Of a DNA stretch of 64,000 nt, positions 23,049 to 32,350 are shown one piece after another (the stretch's first letter is position 1; the number at the start of each line of letters is the position of its first letter). The DNA lies in contig CAZERA010000005.1 in the NCBI GenBank assembly GCA_964514565.1, positions 1 to 64,000 of the forward strand, in the 5' to 3' direction. This DNA is from an uncultured Candidatus Peribacteria bacterium. Lineage in GTDB: Bacteria; Patescibacteriota; Gracilibacteria; RBG-16-42-10. The notes beneath the pieces are model-generated. The model searched no databases. It was not told the origin of the DNA and saw nothing but the letters and a program-made list of their open reading frames with translations. Both the position numbers and the translations under genes were made by a program.

Positions 23049-23123
23049 GCCGACCTAGCTCAACGGTAGAGCGACAGTATCGTAAACTGTAGGTTGAGGG
23101 TTCAAATCCCTTGGTCGGCTCCA
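23049..23123 (+). tRNA. tRNA-Thr(CGT)
   Basis: Cloverleaf: GCCGACC acceptor arm, ACAGT-ATCGTAA-ACTGT anticodon arm, GGTTCAAATCC T-arm, encoded CCA. Confidence 0.93.
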
Positions 23124-23173
23124 CGAGTCCGCGTTAATACTATGAGTTAATATATTGTAGAAAGCTTAGAGAA

Positions 23174-23201
23174 TTGACAGAAGGTTTATATAATATAGAA
23201 T
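23174..23201 (+). promoter_or_regulatory. sigma70 promoter
   Basis: TTGACA-N16-TAGAAT upstream of ATG 23221. Confidence 0.55.
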
Positions 23202-23220
23202 TTGGACTAACTAAAACGCC

Positions 23221-24021
23221 ATGGACTCTCCATACCGTAGCAATCAACTCCAGAGTGCACCATCAGAAAGTCCAACTCCAAAATGGGCCAGAATGCTATT
23301 AATAGCGATATTGAGTACTTCAACACTACGAGCTAGTGATACTGCTGAGGACTCAATCTTGAATCATCTAGTAGCACTTCCAGCTACAAGTGAAGCGAGA
23401 TTAAGATCAGCTCAGTCATACTTCGAGGCTGGTATGGCTTGTTACTACAGAAATGATCTAGAGGGAACTATCAGTAATTTTGAAATTGTAAACCGTATTC
23501 TTCCATCACAAGCAATGGAAGACAATATCGTAGAAATGAAGCTAAGATCACTTGGTTATAATCACCGCATCATTCATCCTCTACAACAAAATCCTAACAA
23601 CGGGGCTGAATGGAATGAAATGTCACCTACTGAACTAATCGAGAACACTGCATACTCAGCAGCGGTAAGAAGATACGAGCAAGATGCTCAACAAGTTAAT
23701 GAGCAAGATAGATTAGTAACCTTACAGCTAGTGACAGGTGAAATAAGTGACCGTGCATTTGCTTTTAGACGACTAAGTGAAGTACAAACAAGCCTCATTC
23801 AGGAAATTAAAGTTTTAAGAGAAAGCATCAGACATGAAGATGCAACGCGAACTTTAGGTAATGGCACATGGGATTCATGCGAACCATTTCATGAAGATGC
23901 ATTCGAGGATTGCCTCACAAGTATCATTGAGCAAAGACAAAGAGTAATTAAGCTAGAACAAGAAGAGAGGCGTTTAAAAACAGTCACAGAGGCTTTAACA
24001 GCTTTAGGAAATACACTCTAG
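23221..24021 (+). CDS. hypothetical protein with TPR-like helix pair and coiled coil
   Basis: AQSYFEAGMACYYRNDLEGTISNFEIVNRILP fits the TPR pattern; short hydrophobic N-terminal stretch. Confidence 0.65.
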   Translation: MDSPYRSNQLQSAPSESPTPKWARMLLIAILSTSTLRASDTAEDSILNHLVALPATSEARLRSAQSYFEAGMACYYRNDLEGTISNFEIVNRILPSQAMEDNIVEMKLRSLGYNHRIIHPLQQNPNNGAEWNEMSPTELIENTAYSAAVRRYEQDAQQVNEQDRLVTLQLVTGEISDRAFAFRRLSEVQTSLIQEIKVLRESIRHEDATRTLGNGTWDSCEPFHEDAFEDCLTSIIEQRQRVIKLEQEERRLKTVTEALTALGNTL

Positions 24022-24187
24022 TTGTTTGATTCGCTTTAAATTGCTAGTGTGTTTCGACGTAACTGGTGCATTTTGTGAACAGCAAAAGGCATAATTGCAT
24101 TAACACGTCGCGTTGTTTCTTCAGATATCCCTTTGCCACCAGCTTCTACGCAAATTATATCTGCTACTAAACCACGAGTATTTTCTT

Positions 24188-24216
24188 TTGACAGCCGATC
24201 GCTATTTCCTTATATT
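24188..24216 (+). promoter_or_regulatory. promoter of tRNA-Asp
   Basis: TTGACA-N17-TATATT. Confidence 0.65.
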
Positions 24217-24279
24217 CCTCATGCCTCATCAAATGAGTGCAGTGACAATGTAATTTCAGTTGTTCGTTTAAACCTACAA

Positions 24280-24356
24280 GGGATTGTAGCTCAGTTGGTT
24301 AGAGCGTCCGCCTGTCACGCGGAAGGTCACGAGTTCGAGTCTCGCCAGTCCCGCCA
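24280..24356 (+). tRNA. tRNA-Asp(GTC)
   Basis: GGGATTG/CAGTCCC acceptor, TCCGC-CTGTCAC-GCGGA anticodon arm, TTCGAGT T-loop, CCA. Confidence 0.96.
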
Positions 24357-24403
24357 CTTTGATTGAGTCGCCATAGAATCATCACTATGGTTCTTTTGTA
24401 AGC

Positions 24404-24603
24404 ATGTTTGTAGCATTTCGAGCCGAGCGAATATCTGAAATAGATCTTTATACTCAAAGTGAAGATGCCACTATTGAGTTAGAAAGAGTCGAATCAAATA
24501 GCTGAAAAATTGCGATGCAAAAACACGACTGAGCGGCCGTGTATTTACAGCATTTTTTGTGGATACTGAAGGCAATCGGATCGGATTACATTCAGCAGAG
24601 TAA
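24404..24603 (+). pseudogene. VOC/glyoxalase-family gene remnant
   Basis: Reads ELERVESNS*KIAMQK, then after a frameshift in an A-run TRLSGRVFTAFFVDTEGNRIGLHSAE*; DTEGNRIGLHS is a typical VOC C-terminus. Confidence 0.7.
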
Positions 24604-24620
24604 GTCGATCACAAAAAAAC

Positions 24621-24875
24621 TTATTCAAATTCACAGACAACATTTTCATTAAAACATTTAACCAAAGTACGACCATTTACCATTAGAAAGCTCACTCCCA
24701 AAGCTAATAAAAAAACAGCAATAGCCGCTCTAGTACTCAAACCGATCTCAAGCTCATCCTTATTAAGACTAGCTATTGTAGGCGGAATATCATCACAGAA
24801 ATCTATAGGCACCCCTCTCTTCCCATAGATTCGCGGTGGCGATTCAGCGTCAAAGTATTTAGGTGTCTCTTTCAT
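24621..24875 (-). CDS. small single-TM hypothetical protein (start MKETPK)
   Basis: ORF directly downstream of the DAGK-like gene; TM AAIAVFLLALGVSFLMV. Confidence 0.6.
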   Translation of the reverse strand: MKETPKYFDAESPPRIYGKRGVPIDFCDDIPPTIASLNKDELEIGLSTRAAIAVFLLALGVSFLMVNGRTLVKCFNENVVCEFE

Positions 24876-24879
24876 ATGC

Positions 24880-25944
24880 TTATCTTCTGTTCTTTTTAGC
24901 TGAGAAGACACTGACAGGAAGCTTCTCTACTGTAGCAAACTGATAATCAATCACTCCTGGCGGTAAACGATGTGGAAAACCATCCAAATGAAAGGTGAAG
25001 TCACCCTTAAAACTATGTGGTGTTTGTCCATTGCTAACAGCTGGTTTGATCTTTTCCAGTAAAGCTCGCCACTTCGAGTGCCCTGGAATACGATCTAAAC
25101 GCTTGGCATTTAAACCATCTTTCCAATAGAAATTAGATATCATGGGATGAATGCCTGCTACTTGTAGCAGCAAGGCTTGTATTGCAGCATCGACACCATT
25201 GAGCGGGCCCAATTGTACTCGATTGAAGTCACGCGACTGTAAACGATCATATTGATTAGGATCCAACTTAATTAAACCTAGTCGAGACACAGCAAATGCT
25301 AGATCCCAGATAAACTGATCACGAGAAAAAATTACTTCAGGCGCTAACTCCAATGAAGCCAAAGCGACATTAGTCAACACGTGGTTAGAACGAGGTTTAC
25401 TATCATATGGTTCTAAAATCCGAGCATCCAATCCTACTCCAGAAAAAGCTACCCAAGGAAAAGCAATGTCCTCCCCTTTTAACCGTTTAATAATTAACTC
25501 TCTTACCACCACATCTTGGGCACGAGGATCGCCATCCAAAAAGAGTCGAAAATCACGCAAACTGACTCCCAAAGCTTTGGCAATTAAATTCATTGTACCG
25601 CCGGGTAACACACATACTCTATCAGTGCTACGTTCAGGCAGATCACTATCTATTTCTTGTTTTGCACGAAGCCAAGTCCCTGTACCACCATCACCCATCA
25701 CTGTTACCAAAGAAGAGCCAGGCTCAATACGCGCCAGTGCATCTCGTGTCTGCTCCACTATAGATGCTAAAGCATTGGTGTTTTGATCTGGTCTAAATTG
25801 TAGCCAAATATAATGTATCACTTTACGGGCTTGAACTGCGATCGCTTCTATTTCCTTTAGCCGTTTCCAAGCATCAGGACTCTTGCTGGGATCGTTATAC
25901 TTCTCATTGGTAAAGACATGCACTATTCCGTCTATGGCCTGCAT
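24880..25944 (-). CDS. divergent diacylglycerol-kinase-family (DgkB/YegS-like) protein
   Basis: VTVMGDGGTG, VLPGGTMNLIAKALG, AFSGVGLDARI, FHLDG motifs. Confidence 0.75.
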   Translation of the reverse strand: MQAIDGIVHVFTNEKYNDPSKSPDAWKRLKEIEAIAVQARKVIHYIWLQFRPDQNTNALASIVEQTRDALARIEPGSSLVTVMGDGGTGTWLRAKQEIDSDLPERSTDRVCVLPGGTMNLIAKALGVSLRDFRLFLDGDPRAQDVVVRELIIKRLKGEDIAFPWVAFSGVGLDARILEPYDSKPRSNHVLTNVALASLELAPEVIFSRDQFIWDLAFAVSRLGLIKLDPNQYDRLQSRDFNRVQLGPLNGVDAAIQALLLQVAGIHPMISNFYWKDGLNAKRLDRIPGHSKWRALLEKIKPAVSNGQTPHSFKGDFTFHLDGFPHRLPPGVIDYQFATVEKLPVSVFSAKKNRR

Positions 25945-25980
25945 ACAAATCAAAAATTGGAGACGGGATGATAGAGCATT

Positions 25981-26005
25981 AATTAACAATTTACAATGAA
26001 CAATT
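25981..26005 (-). repeat. heptamer repeat family D, copy 1
   Basis: Minus strand AATTGTTCATTGTAAATTGTTAATT; the copy at 32786 has one extra 7-nt unit. Confidence 0.65.
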
Positions 26006-26036
26006 GGCAGTTAAGCATATTCAAAACCATTCAGAT

Positions 26037-26672
26037 TTAGCCTACTATTGCCGCGGCTTCTGTTAGAGCTGGTAAACAGTCTAGAATATGTCTGCGCACC
26101 AAACGCATTGCTTTGAGAGCGCTACGTGAAGTGAGATCCTGATCTAGACGACCTTGAATTACCGATACTCGCCCTACCGATACTTGCCCACGAGCAATAG
26201 CACCTCCTGATCTGTGAGTAACTACCGACAGATGAATGTCAGATTTTTCAGACTGACTAATCTGATCTATTCCTAATGACAAAGCTAAAAGTTGCACTGG
26301 CAGTAAAAAACCATTTTTACTTGGAGTAATTACAGGGTTACTTAACCATACTTCCCATTGTTCTGATCCATCATTCACAATTCTAGAAAAATCTTCACGT
26401 TGTCCCTTAGTCATCAGTTCATAAGGAGCAATCATTCTTTTGCGAATAGCAACTTGTGCTCCATTACGCAAAGCAAATTCTTTAGCTACTGAAGCTGGAC
26501 GACGTGACTCAGCACTGAGAGATCCTGACTTAGGAGCATCATAGACTTTACCGTGATTCTTCATCACAAATTCTAGCAATGATCTAAACTCATAAAGACT
26601 AGGTAGGATTTTAGGACCGGCAGGAGGAACTGACTGACGGACAACTTCATCCGCGAAAAATTCCAAAGCCAT
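26037..26672 (-). CDS. hypothetical protein
   Basis: 211-aa ATG ORF, co-oriented in the orphan block; no motif recognised. Confidence 0.7.
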   Translation of the reverse strand: MALEFFADEVVRQSVPPAGPKILPSLYEFRSLLEFVMKNHGKVYDAPKSGSLSAESRRPASVAKEFALRNGAQVAIRKRMIAPYELMTKGQREDFSRIVNDGSEQWEVWLSNPVITPSKNGFLLPVQLLALSLGIDQISQSEKSDIHLSVVTHRSGGAIARGQVSVGRVSVIQGRLDQDLTSRSALKAMRLVRRHILDCLPALTEAAAIVG

Positions 26673-26735
26673 AGAAAAAAATCAATTACATAAAGTAAGT
26701 CCCACAGGGGTTACAATCAGTCACCTTTTGTCTCA

Positions 26736-27443
26736 CTAAAGCTGAAAGGTATACTTTGCCTGACCAACTTTTGCTAACTCAGAAACAGACAGATCATCTA
26801 CAGAACAAGTAGCCATAATATGTTCTTTTTGTATTGGAGAAATAGGCAATTTTACGCCAGAAAACATGGAGATTACAGCCATTTTCCGTGCACCAATATA
26901 CTTCAGTGAATATTCGACTCCTCTATTAGAAGCTGACCAGTCATTGAGTATCATCACAATCTCATCACCACCATCCTGAGCGACAGCATCTTTCAGCGTG
27001 CCGGCAATAGTATGCCACCAACAAATACTTTCACTAAGCGAGCTCCAGGGATCATTAAACAAATCTGGATGACCACGGACAGGTGTACATGAAGAGTGCC
27101 GAATACCATTTTGTTCACACAGCTGCCAAGCTTGGCGTTGTGTAGACAGAGAGTTCCTCATTGCTGAAGTTAAAGACTGGTCCCTCAGTAAATTATCTGT
27201 CCCAATCAAATCCTCCTTAGGCCACTCGAATAAAACAAGTAAATCTTTCAAAGCTCGCCTTGATGCTGTTCGTTTTTCTAGAATAGCAGTCAAAATAGTA
27301 CTAATGGAAGCAGCCTTTTGCTCAGTATGATCAGCCAGCAATATAGGCATCTTCATAGTTTGAGCGGGAGCCAAAATTGCAGCAGCAGTTTTTGCCTTTC
27401 TAGCAATCTCCCTCTCAATTAGAACACCAGCATCAATCGACAT
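26736..27443 (-). CDS. hypothetical protein, paralog of 27476..28099
   Basis: Shares DPW-x(6-7)-IC-x-WH and W-x-AS-x-RG motifs with its neighbour. Confidence 0.75.
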   Translation of the reverse strand: MSIDAGVLIEREIARKAKTAAAILAPAQTMKMPILLADHTEQKAASISTILTAILEKRTASRRALKDLLVLFEWPKEDLIGTDNLLRDQSLTSAMRNSLSTQRQAWQLCEQNGIRHSSCTPVRGHPDLFNDPWSSLSESICWWHTIAGTLKDAVAQDGGDEIVMILNDWSASNRGVEYSLKYIGARKMAVISMFSGVKLPISPIQKEHIMATCSVDDLSVSELAKVGQAKYTFQL

Positions 27444-27475
27444 AAGTCTTATTAGTGGCTAACAGCAAGTTGCAA

Positions 27476-28099
27476 TTATCTAATGGGCAACACCCATGAG
27501 TAAGGAGCTTGTCCAACATATGGATCTACAGAAACAGGAATATTGCTGCCCATATGAATTGACGTTCTAGTGATCGGCCTAGCAACATGACGAATAGAGC
27601 GACTAATACCTCGCCGACTAGCAGTCCATTCCTTAAAAACGCCCACTATAATTGGATAGCGAGGTACTTGCACACGAACTCTATCGAGCTCTCTAGCCAA
27701 AGCATGCCAATGACAAATAGCAGCTTTTGGATCATCCTGCCATGGATCACCATCAACAATTTGCGGTGGTGTCACAGTAGAAAGGGAGCTTACCCCTACA
27801 CCTTGATCTACACACCATTGCAAAGCCGCTGATTGATAGTTGGATGATTGAACTGGATCAGCATCAATATCATTGGCTGGTTGCACAAAATTACTAGGAG
27901 GACAGTCTACTACCACATGGACCTCTCGCTGAGTTGCTCGTTTCAACCTATCCAACATCTCTACTAAAGCTACCACACTTAAGTTGTCATTGCTGGCAGC
28001 TATAGTAATCAACTGTTTTTTTACCGCGTTTTGAGCCACCACCTCGAGGGCAGATTCGCGTTTAGCTGCATGGTCGTCTCTACCCAATAGTAATGGCAT
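27476..28099 (-). CDS. hypothetical protein, paralog of 26736..27443 (start MPLLLG)
   Basis: Shared motifs; upstream ORF extension looks non-coding. Confidence 0.75.
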   Translation of the reverse strand: MPLLLGRDDHAAKRESALEVVAQNAVKKQLITIAASNDNLSVVALVEMLDRLKRATQREVHVVVDCPPSNFVQPANDIDADPVQSSNYQSAALQWCVDQGVGVSSLSTVTPPQIVDGDPWQDDPKAAICHWHALARELDRVRVQVPRYPIIVGVFKEWTASRRGISRSIRHVARPITRTSIHMGSNIPVSVDPYVGQAPYSWVLPIR

Positions 28100-28222
28100 A
28101 AAAAACAAATAAGGAAATAACTCTATTACAACTACCATAAACAAACAACTCCCCAACTTCAAACCAAAACTTAATATCCTGCTCATCCAGTGCCGCAGTG
28201 ATCATATCTCTGATCTCTGACC

Positions 28223-28270
28223 TTGCATTGTCCCCCCTTCTTCCCTACTATCGCATAGACAATCATCTAT
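28223..28270 (+). promoter_or_regulatory. suf promoter and putative ArsR operator
   Basis: TTGCAT-N17-TACTAT (28223-28251) followed by the palindrome ATAGA-CAATCA-TCTAT (28255-28270). Confidence 0.6.
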
Positions 28271-28275
28271 CAATT

Positions 28276-28557
28276 ATGGGGAAAAGTAGTTGTGCTCAAT
28301 CTTGCTCACAGTGTTTCACTCTTTTGGGTGATAGCACCCGTCTGCAGATCTTCACCAAAATCCGTGCTGGTATCGATCAAGTCAAAAGACTAGAAAAAGA
28401 ACTAGCCGTCAGCCAACCAACCATCTCCCACCATGTGCGATTATTAATAGACAACGGTCTCATCACCGCCAACAAATCCGGTCGCGAAACCAAATACACC
28501 TACAACGAAAACTTCGCCTGCCAAAACTGCCAAGTCTTCACCTCCAACTTCAAATAA
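28276..28557 (+). CDS. Cys-rich ArsR/SmtB-family regulator of the suf operon
   Basis: FTLLGDSTRLQI...VSQPTISHHVRLLIDNGLI...KSGRETKY winged HTH; CxxxCxxC N-terminal and CxxC C-terminal. Confidence 0.88.
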   Translation: MGKSSCAQSCSQCFTLLGDSTRLQIFTKIRAGIDQVKRLEKELAVSQPTISHHVRLLIDNGLITANKSGRETKYTYNENFACQNCQVFTSNFK

Positions 28558-28560
28558 TAA

Positions 28561-28612
28561 AAAATCTCTGATCTCTGCTCTCGTCCCGCGCCTGCGGGAC
28601 TGACCTAACTTT
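28561..28612 (+). repeat. intergenic repeat family B with GTCCC-N8-GGGAC hairpin
   Basis: AAAATCTCTGATCTCTGCTCTC-GTCCCGCGCCTGCGGGAC-TGACCTAACTT. Confidence 0.75.
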
Positions 28613-28615
28613 CCC

Positions 28616-30019
28616 ATGAGCCTCAATTCCGAATTCACTCTCGACCGTTCACTCTATGATACTGCTGACAAAAGCAGCATCAAATTTAGTGCGGGTACAG
28701 GACTGAGTGAAGAAATCGTGCGAGAAATTTCCAAACAAAAAAATGAACCAACTTGGATGCTTGAGAAAAGACTAGCCGCTTATAAACTATTCTGTGAGAC
28801 GCCCATGCCTAGCTTTGGCCCGAGTCTCGATCGTTTAGACTTAGCCAAAATTAAATACTTCATTCGTCCAGACACTACAGAAAAGAAAAAATGGGAAGAT
28901 GTACCAGAAAATATCCGCAATACATTTGAAAAGCTCGGCATTCCTGAAGCTGAAAAGCATGCTTTAGCTGGTGTAGGTGCACAATACGACAGCGACATCG
29001 TCTACCACAATCTCAAGAAAGAATGGGAAGAGAAAGGTGTGATATTTGAAAACATGGACAACGCTGTCCAAAAGTATCCAGAGCTAGTCAAACGCTACTT
29101 CATGACTGACTGTATCGGCATCAATGATCATAAATTCGTGATGCTTCACGCTGCTGTCTGGAGTGGAGGTACGTTTATTTATGTGCCAGCTGGCGTAGAA
29201 GTTGATATCCCACTACAAGCCTATTTCCGCATGAATGCTCAAGCTGGTGGCCAATTTGAACACACTCTTATCATCATAGACAAAGGGGCCAAGCTTCATT
29301 ATATCGAGGGCTGCTCTGCTCCTCGTTTTGAAGCAAGTGCGCTCCATGCTGGATGCGTAGAACTACACGTACACGAAGGTGCCCATATGCGCTACAGCAG
29401 CATTGAGAACTGGAGCAAGAACACATTCAATCTCAACACCAAACGTGCTGTAGTAGACAAAAATGGCATCATCGAATGGGTCAATGGCAATCTCGGTAGC
29501 GGTGTAACCATGCTCTACCCTTGTAGTGTTTTGCGTGGAGAAGGCGCACATTCTGATAGCTTAGGCATCGCCTTTGCTGGTCCAGGACAAGATCAAGATA
29601 CTGGCAGCAAAGTAATTCATGTCGCTTCCAATACTACATCTACCATTAGAGCAAAAAGCATTAGCAAAGCAGGCGGCATATCTACATACCGAGGACTGGT
29701 ACGTATCACCCCAAATGCTAAACACTGTACTACCAATGTTCAATGCGACGCTTTATTATTTGACCGCTATTCAGCATCGCGCACTTATCCATTCATGAAG
29801 ATTGAAAACGACAGCAGTACAGTTTCACATGAAGCGACGGTAGGAAAGATCAGTGATGACGATATCTTTTATCTGATGAGTCGTGGTCTCAGTCGTGAAC
29901 AAGCAGTACAAACAATCGTGAGTGGATTTATTGATCCTATTGTCAGGGCACTGCCACTGGAATACGCTGTAGAGCTCAACAAACTGATCGCTTTGGAAAT
30001 GGAAGAAGCAATTGGCTAA
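28616..30019 (+). CDS. sufB: Fe-S cluster assembly protein SufB
   Basis: GVGAQYDS, AVWSGGTFIYVP, GQFEHTLII, YIEGCSAP, HEATVGKI, LPLEYAVELN. Confidence 0.97.
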   Translation: MSLNSEFTLDRSLYDTADKSSIKFSAGTGLSEEIVREISKQKNEPTWMLEKRLAAYKLFCETPMPSFGPSLDRLDLAKIKYFIRPDTTEKKKWEDVPENIRNTFEKLGIPEAEKHALAGVGAQYDSDIVYHNLKKEWEEKGVIFENMDNAVQKYPELVKRYFMTDCIGINDHKFVMLHAAVWSGGTFIYVPAGVEVDIPLQAYFRMNAQAGGQFEHTLIIIDKGAKLHYIEGCSAPRFEASALHAGCVELHVHEGAHMRYSSIENWSKNTFNLNTKRAVVDKNGIIEWVNGNLGSGVTMLYPCSVLRGEGAHSDSLGIAFAGPGQDQDTGSKVIHVASNTTSTIRAKSISKAGGISTYRGLVRITPNAKHCTTNVQCDALLFDRYSASRTYPFMKIENDSSTVSHEATVGKISDDDIFYLMSRGLSREQAVQTIVSGFIDPIVRALPLEYAVELNKLIALEMEEAIG

Positions 30020-30020
30020 T

Positions 30021-31139
30021 ATGACTAATCTACCTAGCTGGCTTACCAAGAGCCAAAAACAATTACAGCAGTATGCAAAAGAGCTTCCTTTGAAAGCTAA
30101 GTATGGTCTCAATATGGCAGCATTTTTTGAGCATGCGATAGACATAAAGCCCCACGCACCTACTTTTCGATGGCATGGACCAGAAGAAATAAAGCTTCTG
30201 CCTTTAGTAGAAGGTTTAGCAAATCCAGACTACAAAAACTATTTAGAAAAACATTTCACCCACACCGCGGACACATCACGCATAGCAGCACACACCAGTG
30301 CCGCCAGTACTGATGGCGTGATCATCGACATTGCTGAGCACTATCAAGAAGAAAAAGGGATGACATTACAAATCAAAACTAATTCTGCCGGTATCAGCTT
30401 CGGACATATTATTATTATTGCCAGAACGAACAGTAGAGTTAGGTTGATTACTGACCAGGCAGGCAAAGTAGCAAGCAGTATCCAGCTCAGTGTCTTTGTT
30501 GAAAAAGATGCACAGTTCAACCATGTCGCCACTACTAGCGAATCGAGTGAAACCCAATTTAGTCAGCATAAATATTACGTTGCTGAACATGGAGAAATCA
30601 TCCACATTGATGCTAGCAAAGAAGCATATCAAGCCGAGCGAAGCGTTCAAACCTACTTAGAGGGATCTTTCAGCAAAGCACAGCATTACCATCTCAGTGT
30701 ACTGGGTGGTAAAGCTAAATATGACTTGCAAAGTATTGTCACCCACAGCGCTCCCAATACCACTTCAGGTATCTTTGCTCGCGCAGTACTGGATGATCAA
30801 AGTCACATGATCTATCGTGGCATGATCAATGTAGAAGATGGAGCGAGAGATAGTGTGAGCAACCAAAAAGAAGCGACTCTCATGCTCAGTCCAACAGCCA
30901 AGATCGACGCTATTCCAATGCTCAATATCATCAATGACCAAGTCCAATGCAGTCATAGTGCTAGTATGAGTAACTTTGATCCTGAGAAGCTCTTCTACAT
31001 GGCCACTCGAGGACTTACACCTTTAGAAACTAAACAAATGCTGATCAAAAGTTTTGTTCAAACTGATCTACTAAGTATTGCTGATCCAGAACTGAAAACA
31101 TGGTTACAAGACAATCTCGATAAGCTTTTGGCTCTATGA
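30021..31139 (+). CDS. sufD: Fe-S cluster assembly protein SufD
   Basis: IDAIPMLNIINDQVQCSHSAS, LFYMATRGL; position in operon. Confidence 0.9.
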   Translation: MTNLPSWLTKSQKQLQQYAKELPLKAKYGLNMAAFFEHAIDIKPHAPTFRWHGPEEIKLLPLVEGLANPDYKNYLEKHFTHTADTSRIAAHTSAASTDGVIIDIAEHYQEEKGMTLQIKTNSAGISFGHIIIIARTNSRVRLITDQAGKVASSIQLSVFVEKDAQFNHVATTSESSETQFSQHKYYVAEHGEIIHIDASKEAYQAERSVQTYLEGSFSKAQHYHLSVLGGKAKYDLQSIVTHSAPNTTSGIFARAVLDDQSHMIYRGMINVEDGARDSVSNQKEATLMLSPTAKIDAIPMLNIINDQVQCSHSASMSNFDPEKLFYMATRGLTPLETKQMLIKSFVQTDLLSIADPELKTWLQDNLDKLLAL

Positions 31140-32350
31140 GTACCACCAATCAATTCAAATCCAATTTCCCTATTTTTCAAAAGCATCCCCAGCTCGCCTA
31201 TTTAGACAACGCTGCCAGTAGCCAGACACCTCAGGTAGTGATCGATAGTATGACTGATTATTATCTCAATTACCGGGCCAACACCCATCGTGGTCTTTAT
31301 GACCTGAGCGAGCAAGCTACCACAGCTTACGAAGAGGCTAGGCACACTATTGCTGACTATTTGAAAGTCGCAGATGAAGAAATTATCCTCACTCGCGGAG
31401 CAACTACAGCAATAAACCATTTAGCAACTGCACTCTGTAGCCAATTACAACCTGGCGACGAGATTATTATTAGTAGTGTCGAGCATCACAGCAACCTCCT
31501 ACCATGGCAACAAGCAGCAAAAAAACATCAATTGATCTTGAAAGTAATTCCTTTGTTACCCAATGGTTACCTGGATCTTAAAGTATATGAAAGTTTGCTG
31601 ACCGATCGCACAAAGGTAATAGCGGTAGCCCATATTTCAAACGTTCTTGGCATTATCAATCCAATCGCTCAGATCAGTGATCTTGCTCATCAGAAAGGGG
31701 CAGTAGTTGTAGTAGATGCATGCCAAAGCATAGCTCATCTTTCTTTCACATTAGCCAGTCTCCATGCTGATTTTTTGGTCTTCTCAGGACACAAAGTTTA
31801 TGGACCAACTGGTATCGGAGTACTTTGCGGTAAAAAGGCTCTCTTAGAGAAATTGCCCCCCTTCGAATTTGGGGGGCATATGGTAGCTGAAGCTACCTTT
31901 GAAGATGCTACCTGGGCAGATTTACCTGATCGATTAGAAGCAGGTACCAATAATATTTCTGGCGTAATCGGACTGGGAAGCGCAATCAATTATACAAAAA
32001 GAGTACTCGCTACTCCAGGGATATTCGAACAAGAAAAACAACTCACTCAATACGCGTTAGATGCCTTACTGGCGATACCCGAAGTGAGAATATATGGCCC
32101 GATAGATACACAAGATCGCATTGGTGTGATTAGTTTCAATCTTCAAAATATCCATGGTCACGATGTCGCTCAGATCTTAGCGCAAGAACAAGTAGCAGTG
32201 AGAGCAGGCCACCATTGTGCAAGACCACTGATGACATTATTAGGAGTAACTAGTACAGTTCGGCTTAGCCTAGCTTGCTACAATACTACCGAAGATATTG
32301 ATCAGCTCGTTGTTGGTCTCAAAAAAGCATTGCAAATTTTTCACGCATGA
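31136..32350 (+). CDS. sufS: cysteine desulfurase SufS
   Basis: YLDNAASSQ, EHHSN, FSGHK (PLP Lys), VRAGHHCA. Confidence 0.97.
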   Translation: MSTTNQFKSNFPIFQKHPQLAYLDNAASSQTPQVVIDSMTDYYLNYRANTHRGLYDLSEQATTAYEEARHTIADYLKVADEEIILTRGATTAINHLATALCSQLQPGDEIIISSVEHHSNLLPWQQAAKKHQLILKVIPLLPNGYLDLKVYESLLTDRTKVIAVAHISNVLGIINPIAQISDLAHQKGAVVVVDACQSIAHLSFTLASLHADFLVFSGHKVYGPTGIGVLCGKKALLEKLPPFEFGGHMVAEATFEDATWADLPDRLEAGTNNISGVIGLGSAINYTKRVLATPGIFEQEKQLTQYALDALLAIPEVRIYGPIDTQDRIGVISFNLQNIHGHDVAQILAQEQVAVRAGHHCARPLMTLLGVTSTVRLSLACYNTTEDIDQLVVGLKKALQIFHA

